A stretch of 62,953 nucleotides of DNA from Candidatus Pacearchaeota archaeon. GTDB taxonomy: Archaea; Nanobdellota; Nanobdellia; Pacearchaeales; GW2011-AR1. The stretch covers positions 1 through 62,953 of the forward strand of contig JAFCEO010000001.1 of NCBI GenBank assembly GCA_017609085.1, written 5' to 3'. This document shows, one piece after another, positions 54,154 through 62,953 of the stretch. Positions within the stretch are counted from its first letter, which is position 1, and each line of letters opens with the position of its first letter. Made by a program: the position numbers and the translations under genes. The notes below the pieces were generated by a model. The model did no database searches, was not told where the DNA came from, and saw nothing but the letters and a program-made list of their open reading frames with translations.

Positions 54154-54636
54154 ATGAATTTTTCATCTGTCGTTGAAAAAGTCGAATCTTCTCAGACATT
54201 TAAAAATTTCAAGAAAGAAAATAAAGATGCTGAGTTATGTGCAGGTTTCTTTGTTATTGATTACGAACAAGATAGAAAAGAGCAACAATTAGATTACTGT
54301 TTAAAAAATGGAAAGATTTACACTTTCACTATTAACAAAGAGATAACATTGGAAGAGGCAGAAACAATCGAAGGGAAAAAAGAAAAACTTCCAAAAATAA
54401 CTAAGGAAATTAAAATTGATATTTCTGATTTAGAAAAAATAGTTCAAGACAAAATCAAGAAAAAAATTCTTAAAATAATAGCCATTATTCAAAAATATAA
54501 AGATAAACAAATATGGAACCTCACAGTCATGACAGAGAGTTTCGAAATTGATAAGATACATATAGATACTCAAACTGGAGAAATTTTAAAATTTGAAAAA
54601 CGAAATTTATTTGATTTTGTTAAAAAAGTTAAATAA
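54154..54636 (+). CDS. Hypothetical protein (possible PepSY-like repeats)
   Basis: 160 aa. IHIDTQTGEILKFEK resembles a PepSY C-terminal strand. The match is weak. Confidence 0.45.
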   Translation: MNFSSVVEKVESSQTFKNFKKENKDAELCAGFFVIDYEQDRKEQQLDYCLKNGKIYTFTINKEITLEEAETIEGKKEKLPKITKEIKIDISDLEKIVQDKIKKKILKIIAIIQKYKDKQIWNLTVMTESFEIDKIHIDTQTGEILKFEKRNLFDFVKKVK

Positions 54637-55258
54637 TCTTTTTTACAATTACGTTAATATTTTTATTTTCCCAAATCTTTAAAATTTTAAATCCAATTTT
54701 TTTCAATAAAGATTTAAGTTCTTCTTTTTCATATATGTAATAATATCTATAATATTTCTTTCCTTCTTTAGTCCAAGGAATTTTGGCTTCTTTTGGCTTG
54801 TTTTTTATTCTTTCGTGATTTCTACTCCATACTGTTATTAATGCTTCTTTATTTTTTTTCAAGACTCTTCTTAATTCTTTTAATACCTTTTCCCTTTTTT
54901 TGGCTTTTTCTATACAATGCAAAGTCGCTATACAAATAGCAGAATCGAAAAAATTATTTTTAAAAGGCAACCTATCAGCTTCCGCTTTTTTAAAAATAGC
55001 CTTTACTTTTTTTCTTTTAGCATCTTTTTCAGCCAATTTCAACATTTCTTCAGAAAAATCAACACCATAAAATTCAACTTCTTTTAATTTTAAAATATGC
55101 CTTCCACTTCCACATCCTAAATCTAAGATTTTTCCTTTTTTGTTTTTTAAAAATTCAATAACTTCCTTTAAAGGCTTTTTTCTAAATTCCTGCCACGGTC
55201 TTGCAATCTCATTCCAAACTTGCTCCTGAGTTAATTTTTCTTTTTCCATAAAATACAT
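54629..55258 (-). CDS. Class I SAM methyltransferase, Trm9-like
   Basis: 209 aa. VWNEIARPWQEFRKKP..ILDLGCGSGRH..ADRLPF..FDSAICIATLHC..LKELRRVLK..ALITVWS parallels the Trm9/ALKBH8 methyltransferase pattern. Confidence 0.65.
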   Translation of the reverse strand: MYFMEKEKLTQEQVWNEIARPWQEFRKKPLKEVIEFLKNKKGKILDLGCGSGRHILKLKEVEFYGVDFSEEMLKLAEKDAKRKKVKAIFKKAEADRLPFKNNFFDSAICIATLHCIEKAKKREKVLKELRRVLKKNKEALITVWSRNHERIKNKPKEAKIPWTKEGKKYYRYYYIYEKEELKSLLKKIGFKILKIWENKNINVIVKKII

Positions 55259-55290
55259 AGATTTTTTAAGTTTAAAAATTTCTTTCCATA

Positions 55291-56664
55291 ATGAAACCTC
55301 CTAAATCAGGCGAAATTAGAAAGCCCACCAAAACATTAAGCGGGGTAGCTCCAGTAGCTGTCATGTTAAAGCCGCGCAAGTGTAAACATGGAACATGCCT
55401 TTATTGTCCGACATTAGATGTTCCTCAAAGTTATACGCCTAAAAGTCCTGCTGTTATGCGCGCTTTAATGTTAGATTATGACCCTTTTAAACAAGTAAAG
55501 GCAAGATTAAAAGCATTAAAAGTAATGAATCACCCTACTGACAAAATTGAGCTCATAATTATGGGAGGTACATTTCTTGATTATCCAACAAAATATCAAT
55601 ATAATTTTATTAAAGAATGTTATGATGCATTAAATGATAGGAAATGTAAGACTCTAGAACAAGCTAAGAAAATTAATGAGAAAGCGAAACATAGATGTGT
55701 CGCTTTATGTATTGAAACAAGACCAGATGTTTGCTCTAAAGAGCATATAAAGAGAATGCTGAAATTTGGATGTACAAGAGTTGAACTCGGAGTCCAAGCA
55801 ATTGATGACATGATATATAAAAAAATTAAAAGAGGCCATACAGTTAAAGAGGTGATTAATGCAACAAAGAGACTTAGGGAAGCTGGTTTTAAAATTGGTT
55901 ATCATATAATGCCTGGATTGCCAGGAAGTAACAGGAAAAAGGATATTGCTATGTTTAAAAAAATTTTCTCAGATGAAAACTTCAAACCAGATCAATTAAA
56001 AATTTATCCCTGCCAGGTTATTAAAGGTTCTGCTCTTGAAAAGTTGCACTATAAGGGGAAATATTCTCCCTACACAGAACAAGAAATTAAAAATTTAATA
56101 ATAAAATTTCTGAAACTTACGCCGAGGTACTGCAGAATTATGAGGATAATGAGAGAAATTCCCCCCGATTATCTTGTTGCCGGAACAACAAGAATTGATT
56201 TAAGAAAAGAGATAGAAGAGGAATTAAGAAAAAAACAAAATAAAATCAAAGAAATTCGTTTTAGGGAGATTGGTTTAAGAAGTAGATATCAAAAGCAGAT
56301 TGATAATAGAACGAGATTGAAAATTACAAGATATAAGGCGGTTGGAGAAGAATATTTTTTGGAAATTGTTAATAGTCAAGATGTTTTATTTGCTTTATGT
56401 AGATTACGAATTAATAAAAAAAATAAGAATAAAGCTATTATTCGTGAACTACATGTTTATGGGCAAGCTATAAATATTGGAAAAAGAGGAAAAATACAGC
56501 ATAAGGGTTTTGGCAAACAACTTATTGAAAAAGCAGAAGAGATAACGAAAAATAAAGGAATAAAAAAATTAAAAATTATATCAGGAGTGGGCGTTAGAGA
56601 ATATTATAGAAAATTGGGTTATAAATTAGATGAAGAAAGGGTTTATATGGTTAAGGAGTTTTAA
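55291..56664 (+). CDS. elp3: Elp3 homolog (radical SAM plus GNAT; tRNA U34 cm5 modification)
   Basis: 457 aa. CKHGTCLYCP cluster motif, radical-SAM barrel, and C-terminal GNAT QHKGFGKQLIEKAEE. Confidence 0.9.
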   Translation: MKPPKSGEIRKPTKTLSGVAPVAVMLKPRKCKHGTCLYCPTLDVPQSYTPKSPAVMRALMLDYDPFKQVKARLKALKVMNHPTDKIELIIMGGTFLDYPTKYQYNFIKECYDALNDRKCKTLEQAKKINEKAKHRCVALCIETRPDVCSKEHIKRMLKFGCTRVELGVQAIDDMIYKKIKRGHTVKEVINATKRLREAGFKIGYHIMPGLPGSNRKKDIAMFKKIFSDENFKPDQLKIYPCQVIKGSALEKLHYKGKYSPYTEQEIKNLIIKFLKLTPRYCRIMRIMREIPPDYLVAGTTRIDLRKEIEEELRKKQNKIKEIRFREIGLRSRYQKQIDNRTRLKITRYKAVGEEYFLEIVNSQDVLFALCRLRINKKNKNKAIIRELHVYGQAINIGKRGKIQHKGFGKQLIEKAEEITKNKGIKKLKIISGVGVREYYRKLGYKLDEERVYMVKEF

Positions 56665-56876
56665 TTTTTAATATAAATCATTGCCCTATATCTATTTTTT
56701 TCTGATTCTAAGATAAGAGCTATTTTGTCTGGCATTCCAATTTCTCTTAATAAATTATTTAATTCACTTAATTTCGCATAGCACACTCCCGATATACTCG
56801 TATCTATACTTATCCTTTTTACGTTTACTAACTTAAATCCTTCGTCAATTAAGATATCCTCGATTTTATTTGACAT
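56661..56876 (-). CDS. Hypothetical protein
   Basis: 71-aa ORF with no motif. Confidence 0.4.
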   Translation of the reverse strand: MSNKIEDILIDEGFKLVNVKRISIDTSISGVCYAKLSELNNLLREIGMPDKIALILESEKNRYRAMIYIKN

Positions 56877-56912
56877 TTTAAAGTTATTTATCGAGTTTTT
56901 ATTTTTAATAGT

Positions 56913-58184
56913 TTATTCACCTTCAAATTTTACAATAGAAAAAACTCTCCATTTGCTTAGTTTTTCTCTTCCTTTTAAATCAAGGAGCTCTATAATAAAA
57001 GCTATTTCTTCTATTTCTCCACCCAATTTTTCAACTAATCTTGCAGCAGCCTGAGCAGTTCCTCCAGTGGCTATAAGGTCATCTACTAATAAAACTTTCT
57101 GCCCCAATTGAATGGCATCTTTGTGAATCTCAACAGCATCTTTCCCATACTCAAGCTCGTATTCTTCTTTAATTGTTTCATAAGGAAGTTTGCCGAGCTT
57201 TCTTATAGGGACGAATCCTACTCCTAATCTGTTTGCTAACATTCCTCCAATAATGAATCCCCTACTCTCTACTCCTGCGACTATATCTATCTTCCTATCC
57301 TTATATCTTTTTTCAAGAATATCAATAACCTTTTTTAACCCTTCCTTGTCCTTTAAGAGGGTTGTTATATCTCGAAACATTATTCCTTCTTTTGGCCAAT
57401 TCGGAATTGTTCTTATTTTATCTTTAATAAATTCTTCATCTTTGTCGGCTATTTTCGGAATAACTTTCAAAAGGAGAGTTTTAACCTTATCTGCATTTTC
57501 TTTCATTCTTTGCTCTATTATTTCCCAAGTTACAGCTTCTTCATCTTGCTTCCAACAATCATAATCAGTCGACATAGCGATAGTTTGATATTCTAAACCT
57601 AGTTCATTGGCTAGAATTACCTCAGGACAAGTAGACATATTAATTATATCTGCTCCTAAATTTTTGAACATAAAACTTTCTGCTCTTGTGCTAAATCTTG
57701 GGCCTTCAATTGTGATAACAGTAACATCTTTATTATATTCAAATCCAAGTTCCTCGCATGTTTGGCATAAAATTTCCCTTAACTCTTTTGAGAAAGGCTC
57801 TGCCATTGGCGTGTGGATAACTTCTTCTTTATCGTAAAAACTCATTGCCCTTTGTTTAGTAAAATCGATAAATTGGTTAGGAAAAACTAAATTTCCTGGC
57901 TTTATTTCTTCTTTAAGTGAGCCTACGGCAGTTGTTGCTAAAATATGACTTACTCCTAATAATTTTAAGGCGTAAATATTGGCTCTATAATTTACTTGAC
58001 TCGGAGGGATAGTATGATTTTTTCCGTGTCTTGATAAAATACAAACTTCGATTCCATTAATTTTTCCACAAGTTATTAGAGAAGATGGTTTCCCATAAGG
58101 AGTCTCTATTTCTTTTTCTTCATAATTTTCAAGAAGTTTAGGATCATCTAATCCTGAGCCACCAATTATTCCTATTTTTATCAT
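56913..58184 (-). CDS. Fusion protein: 5'-methylthioadenosine/purine nucleoside phosphorylase (N) plus adenine phosphoribosyltransferase (C)
   Basis: 423 aa. The N-terminal about 250 aa carry [24 protein letters not shown] and INMSTCPE (MTAP). The C-terminal about 170 aa carry [22 protein letters not shown] and [13 protein letters not shown] (APRT). Confidence 0.85.
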   Translation of the reverse strand: MIKIGIIGGSGLDDPKLLENYEEKEIETPYGKPSSLITCGKINGIEVCILSRHGKNHTIPPSQVNYRANIYALKLLGVSHILATTAVGSLKEEIKPGNLVFPNQFIDFTKQRAMSFYDKEEVIHTPMAEPFSKELREILCQTCEELGFEYNKDVTVITIEGPRFSTRAESFMFKNLGADIINMSTCPEVILANELGLEYQTIAMSTDYDCWKQDEEAVTWEIIEQRMKENADKVKTLLLKVIPKIADKDEEFIKDKIRTIPNWPKEGIMFRDITTLLKDKEGLKKVIDILEKRYKDRKIDIVAGVESRGFIIGGMLANRLGVGFVPIRKLGKLPYETIKEEYELEYGKDAVEIHKDAIQLGQKVLLVDDLIATGGTAQAAARLVEKLGGEIEEIAFIIELLDLKGREKLSKWRVFSIVKFEGE

Positions 58185-58295
58185 TTTTCAAATCTTTTTT
58201 AAAAAATGAAGAGAATTTAAATAGATTTTTGCGATTGAAAATAATAGTTAGCATACAATTACTGTTTAAAAAATAGTAAAATTTGACATTTAAAT

Positions 58296-60062
58296 TTAAA
58301 CGCCCCACGTCGGATTCTCTTTTCTCTTTATAGACGCTATCTCCTGTAAAACTTGAATTTCTTCCTGGTTTAGAAGTTCTTTATTGGCTTTAAATTCTCT
58401 ATATTGCGCCTCCCCAATATTTGAAAAAAGATATTCTATGTCTTTTAATCTTCTTTCGAAATTTATACCGGGTAAGCTTATTGCAACTTCTTCTCCTTTT
58501 TTAGCTTCTTCTACAGATTTTCCTTCTGATTGAACAGTTTTAACTTTAGCAACTTCTTTTCCTTCCTCGTCTATTAAAGAAATTCCTTGTTTTAGCGTTC
58601 CTCCTTCTACAGCTACTCCAAAAATGGCAGGATTGCTATTATGAAAAACATATTGGTGAAGAATTTTAAGTTTACATATAGCAGAAAGTTTCATTAATTT
58701 TTCCCTGTTCATTTCTTTTATTTTCTCTTCTCTAAGTTTTTCTAAATCTTCTATTAGTCTATAAATAACGTCATTTTTTAGAACTTTGATGTTGGTTGTT
58801 TTAATTAACTCCTTTACTTCTTCATCTTCCTTCACATTGAAGCCCAAAATTATAGCATCTAATGGGTTTGTCTCAAGATTGGTTTGTGCCGAAATTACGT
58901 CTATTTTGTTAATGTCTCCAATTCCTGCTTTCCCTACTTTTATATTTTCTTGCCTTAACATTAGAAGGAGGGCCTCTAAACTACCGAGAGAATCTGCCTT
59001 AACAATTATACCTTGTTTGTCAGTTTTTATATCTTTTGCAACCCCCTTAGACAAAGCCTCAATCTCTTTTTCGTTTTCAAAAGTTTGAAAAGGCATTCCT
59101 ACTAAAATTTCATGAGGTTCGGTCAATTGGAATCTTATGCCTGTCGCCGCGCTACATGAAAATACAGGTTTAAATTTATTAGACAAAGGCAAAACTTCTT
59201 CTAGAACTCTTATTTTACTAGTAACTGCTTTATCAAAAGATGCTATGGCAATTTCATCATTTCTTTTTAATATTCCATCATACAAAATAGCTTCAATATA
59301 GTTAAATGTTTTTTCTTTTTTTATTTCTAAAATGACGCCTTTTGCCTTTTCACTTAATGCAAGCCTTCCCCGCAAAAATTTCTGGCTTAATCCACATAAA
59401 ATCATTAATAATTCTGCTATGCCTTCGCCAGTTTTTCCAGAACAAGGAACTAAAGCGAGTTTAGTTGTGAAGTCTTTAACTTCCCAGTAAGGAGCAGCAT
59501 TAAAACCATGGCTGTAGAGAGCACCTTGTAAAGTTAACAATTTCTCTTTGAAATCTAAATTGACAGAAGAAGCTTGCATGTCGATATTTTCTTTTAAATT
59601 TTCACTAAGCTTTTGCCAGCCAGAAATTTTATCTATTTTATTTAAAGCTACTACAAAAGGAGTTTTGTTTAATTTTAAAATCTCGATAACTTCTGCTGTT
59701 TGTGGTTTAATTCCTTCATTAATATCAATAACAAGTATTGCTAAATCTGCGAGAGAGCCTCCTCTTTTTCTTAAGTTAGTAAATGCAGCGTGTCCAGGGG
59801 TATCTATAAAAAGGAAGCCCGGAATTTCTAGTTTTACATTATGCTTATCTATTAAAGGACATCTTTGCCTTAATTTAGATGCTGGAAATAATGTAAAAGA
59901 AATTTTTTGAGTTATGCCTCCTACTTCAGATTCAGCTACAGCTGTCCTTCTAATACTATCCAGTATTGTTGTTTTTCCATGATCAACATGACCTGCTATT
60001 GTGATAATTGGTTGACGTATTTTCATATATTTTTTATTATAATATTCTTTAAAAATGTTCAT
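58296..60062 (-). CDS. infB: Translation initiation factor aIF5B (IF2 homolog)
   Basis: 588 aa. GHVDHGKTT, DTPGH and NKID GTPase motifs, plus aIF5B domains. Confidence 0.95.
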   Translation of the reverse strand: MNIFKEYYNKKYMKIRQPIITIAGHVDHGKTTILDSIRRTAVAESEVGGITQKISFTLFPASKLRQRCPLIDKHNVKLEIPGFLFIDTPGHAAFTNLRKRGGSLADLAILVIDINEGIKPQTAEVIEILKLNKTPFVVALNKIDKISGWQKLSENLKENIDMQASSVNLDFKEKLLTLQGALYSHGFNAAPYWEVKDFTTKLALVPCSGKTGEGIAELLMILCGLSQKFLRGRLALSEKAKGVILEIKKEKTFNYIEAILYDGILKRNDEIAIASFDKAVTSKIRVLEEVLPLSNKFKPVFSCSAATGIRFQLTEPHEILVGMPFQTFENEKEIEALSKGVAKDIKTDKQGIIVKADSLGSLEALLLMLRQENIKVGKAGIGDINKIDVISAQTNLETNPLDAIILGFNVKEDEEVKELIKTTNIKVLKNDVIYRLIEDLEKLREEKIKEMNREKLMKLSAICKLKILHQYVFHNSNPAIFGVAVEGGTLKQGISLIDEEGKEVAKVKTVQSEGKSVEEAKKGEEVAISLPGINFERRLKDIEYLFSNIGEAQYREFKANKELLNQEEIQVLQEIASIKRKENPTWGV

Positions 60063-60076
60063 GTAGACATATCTTT

Positions 60077-60370
60077 ATGACAAAATCTTATCAATATTGC
60101 GTTGTTTTGAGAAAGGGAGAAAATAGTGGGATAAGACAGTATAGATGGAGTTCTAGAGAAAAAATAGTTCTTGCAATGTATAAAATTTATTATTATCCTA
60201 AAAAAAATAGAGAAGACCTTTTTTCTCTCGTTTTAAAAGATTTTCAAAATGCAAAAGTTAAATTTAAAGCAGGAAGAATAGGTTCTTTAGAAATAGAAGC
60301 AGAGAGGGAAGATTTGGCAAATAAAGTAGCTGAATATTTAGGTTTGCCTCCACCTTTTAATTACGAATAA
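60077..60370 (+). CDS. Hypothetical protein
   Basis: 97-aa ORF with no motif. Confidence 0.4.
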   Translation: MTKSYQYCVVLRKGENSGIRQYRWSSREKIVLAMYKIYYYPKKNREDLFSLVLKDFQNAKVKFKAGRIGSLEIEAEREDLANKVAEYLGLPPPFNYE

Positions 60371-60653
60371 TCTTTCCTTTTTTTATTTTAATTCCTTCTT
60401 TCCGCAACAATTTAATTTTTATTTTTGGCTTAAATTTCCCTTTGAATGTATATCCTCCAATTTTACCGTCACTTCTTATTACTCTATGGCACGGAATTTT
60501 TATTGGTCTTGTATTTAAAGAAAGAATTTTTGCAACCGCTCTTGGAGATGTTTTAAATTTGTCTGCTATTTGTTTGTAAGTAAGAACTTTGCCTCTTGGA
60601 ATTTTTGAAACTTCTTTTAAAACTTTTTCTTTCAAGTTATTTTTATCTTTCAT
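60357..60653 (-). CDS. ogt: Methylated-DNA-protein-cysteine methyltransferase, C-terminal domain only
   Basis: 98 aa. IPRGKVLTYKQIA and the active site IPCHRVI. Confidence 0.85.
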   Translation of the reverse strand: MKDKNNLKEKVLKEVSKIPRGKVLTYKQIADKFKTSPRAVAKILSLNTRPIKIPCHRVIRSDGKIGGYTFKGKFKPKIKIKLLRKEGIKIKKGKIIRN

Positions 60654-61026
60654 TAGCTCTTAGAAGATAATTTTCAATTATATTGTTAAATTCCCTCGCA
60701 ATTTTTTTAACGAGTTCTTCTTTTTTATAGGGAAGACCATAAGTGTCATCAATGTGCAGGATTACTCTTCTTAAGTTGTTATTATTCGCGCATATGTCCG
60801 GTATGATATAATCTATTGAAACAGGGAAGTTTCTTATTATCTTTTTGCGCATGATTGAATATAATCTAAATGAATTTATTTCATATTTGTCCGACGTAAG
60901 ATTGAATTCTAAGTAAGGATCTTTTTTCTCTTTACCTCTGAAATTCCCTCTATAGAATTTTACATTTCTGATTCCGTTAATCTTTTCTAAGTTCTCTTTT
61001 AATTTTTTAGTAAGCTTTTCATCCAT
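60643..61026 (-). CDS. Hypothetical protein
   Basis: 127-aa ORF that overlaps the ogt start by 11 nt, so it is co-transcribed. Confidence 0.45.
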   Translation of the reverse strand: MDEKLTKKLKENLEKINGIRNVKFYRGNFRGKEKKDPYLEFNLTSDKYEINSFRLYSIMRKKIIRNFPVSIDYIIPDICANNNNLRRVILHIDDTYGLPYKKEELVKKIAREFNNIIENYLLRANER

Positions 61027-61076
61027 ATTTTAACATAGATAGCAAGATATAAAAGCATTATTACATTAAAAAATAT

Positions 61077-61319
61077 ATGGAAAAATTAATAATTGCAGGG
61101 TTTATCGTTATGTTTATAGGGATATTATTAATAGTAGTTGGAAGTATTGGTTTAGCCTTGTTTGGAAAAGTTAAAGCTAAGAATGTTGACATAGGTATCG
61201 GAGGATTTATAGGTCCGATTCCTTTCGGATTTTTCACAAGTAAGAAGATATTTTTGATTTGGTTGTTATTTTTAATTTTTACTATAATAATTTGGTTTTT
61301 TATAAGGAACCGCCTTTAG
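61077..61319 (+). CDS. Small archaeal membrane protein (DUF131-like)
   Basis: 80 aa. Two TM helices flank IGIGGFIGPIPFGF. Ends with TAG. Confidence 0.5.
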   Translation: MEKLIIAGFIVMFIGILLIVVGSIGLALFGKVKAKNVDIGIGGFIGPIPFGFFTSKKIFLIWLLFLIFTIIIWFFIRNRL

Positions 61320-61329
61320 AATTTTAAAG

Positions 61330-61635
61330 ATGCAAGTCAAATCAATTTCAGAAATTCAGAAAATTTACGATTTAGAATTAGATAAAATAGTTAAAACTAT
61401 AAAAAAGCAAAAAGCTAAACTCGTTCTTCTTCAATTTCCAGACGGTTTAAAACCTCATTCTACTGTTATTGCAAATGAAATTGAGAAAAAATGCAGAAAA
61501 GATAAAATGAATGTCAAGTGTTTAATTTGGTTTGGAAGCTGTTATGGGGCATGTGATGTTCCTATTCAAGTTGAAAAACTGAAACCGAAAATAGATTTGA
61601 TTGTTCAGTTTGGACATTCTAAATGGAAATTTTAA
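61330..61635 (+). pseudogene. dph2: Dph2 (diphthamide radical-SAM ACP-transferase) N-terminal domain only
   Basis: 101 aa. YDLELDKIVKTIKKQKAKLVLLQFPDGL, GSCYGACDV and LIVQFGHS match Dph2 domain 1. The ORF stops after GHSKWKF, and the next 18 nt run into the 3' end of a convergent gene. Confidence 0.7.
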
Positions 61636-61652
61636 GTAAAATTTACTCACAT

Positions 61653-62699
61653 TTATCCTCTTATTAAACTTATTCCACACTTTGGACATTTAAGTGTTGA
61701 GCAAGGAATTCCTTTTTCATGTTTTTGTCTATAACCACATTTCTTACATATACAATCACCGCCAGGACCGGCTCCTCTCGCTTCTTCAAATTCTTCTTTG
61801 AATTTTCCCCTCCTTCTCCATCCAAATCCTCTTCCAAAAGCAGGTTTGTAGTATCCTACTTCTACATGGTGGGACTTTATTTGGATAGATGTATACTCAA
61901 GATTTTTAATTTGAGATGTTAATTTTTCTTCTAGTTTTTTTGTTAAAGCTTCGGCTTCTTCTACTTTTAATTTTGCAGGGAGTCTAATTGTGATTTCTGC
62001 AAAAGCCTTGCTTCCCAGCTTTTGTGTTTTTAAATCAACTAAATCAATCTTTTCTTGTTTTAAAATTTCTCTAATTTTCTCTTCGGTTTCTTTATCTGAT
62101 TTACCTAATAAAGAATCTGTACTTTCTTTCCCAAGTTTAAATGCTTCTCTCGCCACATATAACCCAATTAATAAAGCAAGAAGAGAGTCGAGGTAAAGCC
62201 AATATTTTATAAAAAATAAACCAATGAAAACCCCCAAGGAAGTTAAAACATCTATTCTTGAATGAACTCCATCTGATATTAAACTTACACTATTGTATTT
62301 TTTCCCATAATATATTTTAAGTTTTGACATAATAAAATTAATTAAAGCAGAACTAGCCATAACAACAAATGCTACTGTTGATAAGGACGCTATTTCTGGT
62401 TTAAAGAAGCCTTTAATTGCATCATAAATAATAAATAAAGAAGAAATAAAAATAACTATTGTTATAATGAATCCAGATAGAACTTCTGCTTTTTCGTGTC
62501 CATATGGATGTTCTTTGTCAGCAGGTTTTTTTGCTGTTCTTATTCCTATATAGTTCACGACTGAAGCAAAAACATCTGTTCCTGAATTTATACCATCAGC
62601 CAATATCGAGTTTGCTTTTGCTAAAATTCCAATAATTATCTTGGCTACAGCTAATAAAAAATTTACAACAATTCCTAAGATTGATATTTTTTCTTTCAT
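61653..62699 (-). CDS. Cation diffusion facilitator (CDF) transporter with a C-terminal Cys4 zinc-ribbon extension
   Basis: 348 aa. Six TM with ADGINSGTDV and SDGVHSRIDV metal sites, a cytoplasmic domain, then CICKKCG..CPKCG. Confidence 0.9.
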   Translation of the reverse strand: MKEKISILGIVVNFLLAVAKIIIGILAKANSILADGINSGTDVFASVVNYIGIRTAKKPADKEHPYGHEKAEVLSGFIITIVIFISSLFIIYDAIKGFFKPEIASLSTVAFVVMASSALINFIMSKLKIYYGKKYNSVSLISDGVHSRIDVLTSLGVFIGLFFIKYWLYLDSLLALLIGLYVAREAFKLGKESTDSLLGKSDKETEEKIREILKQEKIDLVDLKTQKLGSKAFAEITIRLPAKLKVEEAEALTKKLEEKLTSQIKNLEYTSIQIKSHHVEVGYYKPAFGRGFGWRRRGKFKEEFEEARGAGPGGDCICKKCGYRQKHEKGIPCSTLKCPKCGISLIRG

Positions 62700-62700
62700 G

Positions 62701-62952
62701 CTAAATTATCAATTTCTCTAAATTTCCTAAAATTTCCTCTGGAATTTTTACTGGCTTCTCTATATTTAATTTTACAAAAGCGTGCTCGATTTCTGCTGTT
62801 GCTTTTTCTTCTCCTTGATGGTACATTATTTCCTCTCCTCCATTTATTTGACTTTTATATTTGTAATTTGAAGCAACTACGAAAAGTCCAAGTCCTCTCT
62901 TTTTTAACTCGCTATCATAAATTCCTACTTTCCTTAAAGCCGAAACTCTCGC
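62701..62952 (-). CDS. Hotdog-fold acyl-CoA thioesterase (partial, 5' end outside the window)
   Basis: The open frame to the window edge reads ..ARVSALRKVGIYDSELKKRGLGLFVVASNYKYKSQINGGEEIMYHQGEEKATAEIEHAFVKLN.. (4HBT/YbgC-like). TAG stop at 62701-62703. Confidence 0.55.
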   Translation of the reverse strand, partial: ARVSALRKVGIYDSELKKRGLGLFVVASNYKYKSQINGGEEIMYHQGEEKATAEIEHAFVKLNIEKPVKIPEEILGNLEKLII

Positions 62953-62953
62953 T

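Overview
This is an AT-rich (about 30% GC by eye), gene-dense chromosomal window from a small-genome archaeon, most consistent with a DPANN-type lineage (Woese-/Pace-/Nanoarchaeota-like). Supporting evidence includes archaeal FEN-1, thermosome, aIF5B, an archaeal-type ThrRS with the N-terminal editing domain, archaeal TrpRS, DtdA, diphthamide genes, Elp3 and TrmB. TTTATAAA-type TATA boxes sit 20-30 nt upstream of start codons, and 3 of the 4 tRNA genes carry introns. I call about 75 protein genes or gene remnants: 4 housekeeping aaRS (argS, ileS, trpS, thrS), a two-subunit 2-oxoacid:ferredoxin oxidoreductase plus AMP-forming acetyl-CoA synthetase, many membrane or surface proteins, and CBS-domain proteins. 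I found no rRNA genes and no CRISPR array. The most interesting features are these. (1) A translationally coupled operon (6343-10473, minus strand) encodes an AsnRS-like catalytic core without an anticodon-binding domain, a bacterial-type ProRS-like protein whose three motif-2 arginines are all serine, a SAM methyltransferase and a GT2 glycosyltransferase. It is convergent with an MccF/LdcA-type S66 peptidase. (2) A bacterial sigma-28/FliA-type sigma-70 family gene lies behind an archaeal TATA box, next to an intron-containing tRNA-Gly. (3) A gene-decay island (3417-6346) holds an IS6/IS240-like transposase remnant, a SpoU methyltransferase with one in-frame TAG, a doubly frameshifted Nudix gene and the frameshifted S66 peptidase. 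(4) There is an MTAP-APRT fusion, a 101-aa Dph2 N-terminal fragment, a membrane receptor with a degenerate cyclase-like domain, and an 86-nt structured intron in tRNA-Tyr. All homology calls come from motif recognition by eye, and no searches were run.
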